Part shown: one piece after another, positions 59,675-64,000 of the stretch
How the letters are laid out: each line of letters opens with the position of its first letter
Position numbering within the stretch: position 1 is the stretch's first letter
Assembly (NCBI GenBank): GCA_015059095.1
Contig: SVBA01000008.1
Location: 21,533 to 85,532 of the forward strand
Reading direction: 5' to 3'
DNA from: Erysipelotrichaceae bacterium
GTDB taxonomy: Bacteria > Bacillota_I > Bacilli_A > RFN20 > CAG-449
DNA length: 64,000 nucleotides
The notes under the pieces: model-generated
What the model saw: only the letters and a program-made list of their open reading frames with translations
Told to the model about the DNA's origin: nothing
Database searches by the model: none
Made by a program: the position numbers and the translations under genes

Positions 59675-60166
59675 ATGAACAAACTAGAAATTTTAAATAA
59701 ATATGAAGATGCATTAAATCTTCTAGATCAATACGATCATCAAGAAGTAGAAGAAATAAAAGGTAATCCAGCCACTTCAACATTAAATTATCAAGAAGCA
59801 AGAGATATTATTAATTCGTTGAATTTTAATGATACTTCTTCTGTTTTTGGTGTAGAAAAGGAAGAAGGAAAGTTAAACGGAATTCTAGAAGCAATTGAAC
59901 AAACTGCATTTGGTCAAGAAGTCTATTCTTCTTTAGAAGAAAAGGCTAGTAATTTACTCTATTTTTTAGTCAAAGATCATCCATTCGTTGATGGTTGTAA
60001 AAGAATTGCAGCTTCTTTATTCATCATCTATCTTCATAAAAACAATTCTCTATATATTTCTAATGGGACTCTAGTTTCATTAGTTCTATTAATCGCAGAA
60101 TCTAAACCAGAAGAAAAAGACATAATGATCAAAGTCATCATGTCTATCCTATTTAAAAAGTTATAA
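59675..60166 (+). CDS. Fic/Doc-family (Fido) protein with variant motif HPFVDGCKR
   Basis: Starts 3 nt after the Sel1 paralog 2 stop. Core DHPFVDGCKRIAASLFIIYL aligns to the Doc/Fic H-x-F-x-D-G/A-N-K/G-R motif with Asn replaced by Cys. Confidence 0.6.
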   Translation: MNKLEILNKYEDALNLLDQYDHQEVEEIKGNPATSTLNYQEARDIINSLNFNDTSSVFGVEKEEGKLNGILEAIEQTAFGQEVYSSLEEKASNLLYFLVKDHPFVDGCKRIAASLFIIYLHKNNSLYISNGTLVSLVLLIAESKPEEKDIMIKVIMSILFKKL

Positions 60167-60745
60167 TTATAAAGCGTAAAATAATATTCCTAAAATACCA
60201 GATAGTAAAATAAGTAGAATTGGAGACACTGCTTTCTTTACTATCTTTTTATATAGTAAAGAAATTAAAACAGTAATTCCAAAAATAATTAATCCTTGAT
60301 AAGAAAAACTAAATTGAGTAGATTCAATATCACTAATAGAAAAAATAGTAGACAAGAATAAAGTAACAAATGTCGCAGATATTAATCCAACAATCGTTGG
60401 CTTAATTCCATCAATAAACGCTTGTACTCCTTTAATTTTTAATAAATTATTTAATACCATTGCAATAATTAAAATGATAATAAATGAAGGTAAAACAACT
60501 CCTAAAGTTGCACATACTGAACCAAGAATACCACCTTGAGAAGAACCAACAAATGTTGCCATATTAATTGCAATTGGACCTGGAGTAGATTCACATATTG
60601 CAACAAAGTTTAATACTTCACCTTCACTTAACCAATTCTTACTAACGCAAGTTTCCATTACTAAGGAAATCATCGCGTATCCTCCACCAAAAGTAAATAA
60701 TCCTATTTTAAAGAAGGCTAAGAATAATTCTAAATAAATATTCAT
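60167..60745 (-). CDS. chrA: Chromate transporter (CHR) family short-chain half protein
   Basis: FGGGYAMISL ... ESTPGPIAINMATFVGS match the CHR signature. Paired with the adjacent half as in ywrA/ywrB. Confidence 0.75.
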   Translation of the reverse strand: MNIYLELFLAFFKIGLFTFGGGYAMISLVMETCVSKNWLSEGEVLNFVAICESTPGPIAINMATFVGSSQGGILGSVCATLGVVLPSFIIILIIAMVLNNLLKIKGVQAFIDGIKPTIVGLISATFVTLFLSTIFSISDIESTQFSFSYQGLIIFGITVLISLLYKKIVKKAVSPILLILLSGILGILFYAL

Positions 60746-60746
60746 A

Positions 60747-61352
60747 TTATTCTTCCTCCTTTTTTTCTTTAATTTCTTTTTTATCTTTATTTTTAATATA
60801 TCCTATTAAATAAACTAGTAAGCCTAAACATCCACTAATTAAAATATAAAAAATAGAAGAAAAAGTAACGTTAAATAAACTAAATAAAATAACAATAACA
60901 AAAGTAACACTCATAACAATAATGTTAAAAGCGTTCTTTTCCATCTTTTTAAATAATTTAATTCCTGCTTGTAAAATTAAGAAAATAACACAAGCTTGAA
61001 TCCCTTTAAAAGCTGCTGCTACATATTTATTTTCTAATAAGTTATTAAAAAATAAAGAAATAATAAAAATAATAGTAAATGAAGGTAATACCATTCCCAA
61101 AGTAGAAAATATTGAACCAATAATTTTGTTTTGCTTATATCCAATATATGTTGCCATATTAATTGCAACTGGACCTGGAGTAGATTCTGCAATTACTAAA
61201 ATATTCATAAATTCATCGTGTTCAAGCCATTTCTTTTTAGAAACGAATTCATTTTCAAACACACTAATCATCGCGTATCCACCACCAAAAGTGAATAAGC
61301 CTATTTTAAACATCGAAATAAATAAAATAAATAACTCTTTAATCTTTTTCAT
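60747..61352 (-). CDS. chrA: Chromate transporter (CHR) family short-chain half protein
   Basis: FGGGYAMISV ... ESTPGPVAINMATYIGY. 2-nt gap to its partner. Confidence 0.75.
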   Translation of the reverse strand: MKKIKELFILFISMFKIGLFTFGGGYAMISVFENEFVSKKKWLEHDEFMNILVIAESTPGPVAINMATYIGYKQNKIIGSIFSTLGMVLPSFTIIFIISLFFNNLLENKYVAAAFKGIQACVIFLILQAGIKLFKKMEKNAFNIIVMSVTFVIVILFSLFNVTFSSIFYILISGCLGLLVYLIGYIKNKDKKEIKEKKEEE

Positions 61353-61437
61353 ACTTGATATATTATATCATTTTCTTTATAAATTATATAAAATTTATAA
61401 AATTATGTTAAAATCTAATTAATAAATGGAGAAAATT

Positions 61438-62226
61438 ATGAAAGTATTAATAACAGGTATTGCTAGTGGAATAGGTCAAGCGACTGCAAATAAATTTTTA
61501 GAGAATAATCATATCGTCTATGGTATCGATGTTCAAACTATCGAAAGTAAAGAAAATCTTTACACATATAAAGTAGATATCACAGATGAAACATCTTTAA
61601 TAAATATCAAACAAGAATTACTCAACAATAATGTCACTTTTGATATCATTATTAATGTTGCCGGAATCCATAAAATGGCATCCTTAATTGAAGAAGACTA
61701 TTCTACTTTAAAAAGACTAATTGATATTAATTTGTTAGGGACAATGCTAGTAAATAAAACATTCCATTCTCTATTAAAAAAAGATGGAAGAATTATTATT
61801 GTTACAAGTGAAGTTGCACCTCTTGATCCAATGCCATTTAATGGTCTATATAATGTCTCTAAAACAGCTTTAGATAGTTATTCGCAAGCATTAAGACAAG
61901 AATTAAATTTAATTGGACAAAAAGTCATTACAATTAGACCAGGGGCCATTAAAACTCCTTTAGCAAATAATTCTTTAGAAGATACAAAAAGACTGCAAGA
62001 ACAAACCATCCTTTATAAAAAGCAATCCCATAAATTTTATAATCTAGTAAGTAAATTTATGGGAATACCTATAGAACCAATTAAAATAGGAAAATTAATA
62101 TATAAAGCAGGAATATCTAAAAATCCAAAATTAATATATCAAAAAAATAGAAATTTAGGACTAATGTTACTAAATATTTTACCTAAAAGATTTCAATGCT
62201 TTATCATCAAGGGATTATTAAAATAA
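61438..62226 (+). CDS. Short-chain dehydrogenase/reductase (SDR)
   Basis: Start ATG 61438 after GGAGAA. MKVLITGIASGIGQA (TGxxxGxG). YNVSK (YxxxK catalytic). Confidence 0.8.
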   Translation: MKVLITGIASGIGQATANKFLENNHIVYGIDVQTIESKENLYTYKVDITDETSLINIKQELLNNNVTFDIIINVAGIHKMASLIEEDYSTLKRLIDINLLGTMLVNKTFHSLLKKDGRIIIVTSEVAPLDPMPFNGLYNVSKTALDSYSQALRQELNLIGQKVITIRPGAIKTPLANNSLEDTKRLQEQTILYKKQSHKFYNLVSKFMGIPIEPIKIGKLIYKAGISKNPKLIYQKNRNLGLMLLNILPKRFQCFIIKGLLK

Positions 62227-62227
62227 T

Positions 62228-62986
62228 ATGAACAAGGAACAAATTAAGATAAATATAAAAGATTATCCCAGTGAAATTAGACACTATTTAAAAGATGTCG
62301 AAGTATATGATTGCTCCTCATCAAAAGAATTTCAAGTGTTATATCTTTCTAGTGGACATTATTTAAAAAGTGGAAAGAAAAATTCACTTTTTTTAGAAAA
62401 CAAATTAACTAGACAACTACACAAAAAAATGATTTCTGTAAAAGTAATAAAATACGCTTCTAGAAAAAAAGACTTTCTATTGACCGAAGAAGCAAAAGGT
62501 AAAAGTAGCCTCAACTATTTAGATAATCCTACTGCACTAATAAGGGTTCTTGCTTATTATATGAAACATCTTCATTCTATAGACACATATGGTTTTCCCT
62601 TCTCTGAAATAATGAATATTTATTTTAATTCAAAAAAAGAAAATTATAATATAAATTATGCATTATTGAAATATAGAAATATGACTAAAGAGGATGCAAT
62701 AAGAATAAGAAAAGAAAGACTACATAAATTAAAAAATGATTCACTTATCCATGGAGATTTTTGTTTACCAAATATTATTTTAAACAACTATCTTCCTAGT
62801 GCAATGATAGATTTAGGAAACGCAGGTATTGGTGATCATCATATAGATATTTATTGGTTATTATGGTCATTAGAATACAACCTAAAAACCGACAAATATA
62901 ATGAATATTTTTTAGAATTATACGGAAAAGAAAATGTTGATGAAGAAATATTAGAATTAATAGCAGCACTAGAGATTTTAGGCTAA
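62228..62986 (+). CDS. APH(3')-family aminoglycoside O-phosphotransferase-like kinase
   Basis: LHSIDTYGFPF ... LIHGDFCLPNIILNN ... IDLGNAGIGDHHIDI parallels the APH(3') catalytic-loop and DFG-equivalent regions. 252 aa. Confidence 0.6.
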   Translation: MNKEQIKINIKDYPSEIRHYLKDVEVYDCSSSKEFQVLYLSSGHYLKSGKKNSLFLENKLTRQLHKKMISVKVIKYASRKKDFLLTEEAKGKSSLNYLDNPTALIRVLAYYMKHLHSIDTYGFPFSEIMNIYFNSKKENYNINYALLKYRNMTKEDAIRIRKERLHKLKNDSLIHGDFCLPNIILNNYLPSAMIDLGNAGIGDHHIDIYWLLWSLEYNLKTDKYNEYFLELYGKENVDEEILELIAALEILG

Positions 62987-63061
62987 AAAGCCCATTATTT
63001 TTAACAATAATTTGCATTTTTCTTAAATTTAGTATATTCTAAAATTAAGGAGGATATTTTT

Positions 63062-63886
63062 ATGGAAAAAACAGTAGTAGCTATTTGTTATGACTTTGAT
63101 AAAACTTTGGCAACAAATGACATGCAAGCATTTTCTTTTATCCCAAACTTAGGATTAACAACTGAAGAATTCTGGGACTTATGTGCAGACTTTAGAAAAA
63201 AAGAAGGGGTCGACAATATTATTTCGTTCCTTTATGTTATGATTGATGAATGCAAGAAAAAAGGGATCAAGTTAACTAAAGAATATCTTAATTCTCTAGG
63301 TAGAGACGTCAAATTCTTTGATGGAGTAACAACATGGTTTAAAAGATTAAATCAACATGCAGATTCTTTAGGTATCCAATTAGAACATTACATTATTTCA
63401 AGTGGTAATAAAGAAATCATTGAAGGTAGCTCAATTGCTAAAGAATTTAAAGGTATTTACGGATGTGAATTCTTATACAATGAAGAAGGAGAAGCATTCT
63501 GGCCTAAAGTTGCAATTAATTACACATTAAAAACTCAATACTTATTTAGAATTGTTAAAGGTGCTATTGAAGACGAAAACAAGGTTAACGATAGAATTGA
63601 AAAGAAACATGTAGAATTTAGAAATTTAATTTACATTGGTGATGGATTAACCGATGTTCCATGTATGACTCTTGTTAAAGAAAAAGGTGGTTATGCAATT
63701 TCTGTTTACCCTACTAACAAAAAAGAAGGAAGTATTAAACTTCTTCAAGACAATCGTGTAAATTATGCTTGTAAGAGTGATTTTGGATCAAATTCACAAT
63801 TAGAAAAATTAGTTAAACTAATTTTAGAATCCATTTCTATCAAAGAAAAATTATTTGATAAAGAAAATTCTCAACAAATAAAATAA
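63062..63886 (+). CDS. HAD-superfamily hydrolase
   Basis: RBS AAGGAGG. Motif I CYDFDKTL (DxDxT). Later IYIGDGLTDV (motif IV-like). Confidence 0.65.
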   Translation: MEKTVVAICYDFDKTLATNDMQAFSFIPNLGLTTEEFWDLCADFRKKEGVDNIISFLYVMIDECKKKGIKLTKEYLNSLGRDVKFFDGVTTWFKRLNQHADSLGIQLEHYIISSGNKEIIEGSSIAKEFKGIYGCEFLYNEEGEAFWPKVAINYTLKTQYLFRIVKGAIEDENKVNDRIEKKHVEFRNLIYIGDGLTDVPCMTLVKEKGGYAISVYPTNKKEGSIKLLQDNRVNYACKSDFGSNSQLEKLVKLILESISIKEKLFDKENSQQIK

Positions 63887-63893
63887 TCACTTA

Positions 63894-63919
63894 GAAACAC
63901 TTCATGTGTTTCTTTTTTT
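63894..63919 (+). terminator. Rho-independent terminator (first of two tandem)
   Basis: GAAACAC-TTCAT-GTGTTTC followed by TTTTTTT. Confidence 0.75.
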
Positions 63920-63930
63920 ATTAAAAATAG

Positions 63931-63970
63931 GGGCTGTTAAGAAACTAAAAAGTTTCTAACGCCCTTTTTT
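63931..63970 (+). terminator. Second tandem terminator hairpin
   Basis: GGGCTGTTAAGAAACT-AAAA-AGTTTCTAACGCCC (imperfect) followed by TTTTTT. Confidence 0.55.
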
Positions 63971-64000
63971 GATGCATATTTTTATATAAATCCTTCAATA

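Noticed and set aside
1-64000. CRISPR arrays, transposases, integrases, restriction-modification or other known defence systems
   Set aside because: No short regularly spaced direct repeats, no DDE/tyrosine-recombinase-like ORFs, and no methyltransferase/endonuclease pairs (the NPPY MTase sits in a tRNA-modification context). None found.

Overview
AT-rich (~28-30% GC) chromosomal window, consistent with a low-GC Firmicutes/Erysipelotrichia- or Mollicutes-like organism; gene order and CIRCE-regulated clpB fit that placement. Coding density is high and almost every long ORF carries a Shine-Dalgarno site (AAAGGAGG-type). All calls below rest on motif-level recognition; no database search was possible.

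Main blocks:
- (1) 1-20.1 kb: a long minus-strand glycan-utilisation operon. It encodes an LplABC-type ABC importer (large lipoprotein SBP plus two permeases, no ATPase), a GH43 lipoprotein, a lipoprotein with four CBM9-like modules plus LamG, and at least two giant paralogous Cys/His-rich repeat lipoproteins (Big_2 + LamG modules). The upstream one runs off the window edge. A divergent AraC regulator, two further GH43s and a CE15-like esterase follow.
- (2) 20-34 kb: small regulators, esterase, DagK-like kinase, PlsC, GH13 alpha-glucosidase, addB-addA, ccpA, a small Cys-rich protein with an unusually palindrome-laden consensus promoter, deoC, rpmF.
- (3) 34-40 kb: XRE regulator, flotillin, nfo-rsmE-(inserted hypothetical)-mtaB, and a divergent chorismate mutase.
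- (4) 40.5-47.4 kb: a complete shikimate/tyrosine operon aroB-aroC-aroE::aroK (fusion)-aroQ-DAHP synthase-aroA-tyrA, preceded by a ~250-nt structured leader ending in a terminator.
- (5) ECF sigma/anti-sigma/lipoprotein module, a U32-U32-methyltransferase tRNA-modification cluster, clpB with tandem CIRCE operators, and queT with a candidate preQ1-type leader.
- (6) LysM-GH18, tRNA-Thr(CGU), then an accessory-looking cluster: two Sel1-repeat paralogs, a Fic/Doc variant, split chrA, SDR, APH(3')-like kinase and a HAD hydrolase.

No CRISPR, transposase, integrase or restriction-modification genes were seen. The most unusual content is the Cys/His-rich repeat lipoprotein pair inside the polysaccharide locus, plus several compact regulatory architectures.
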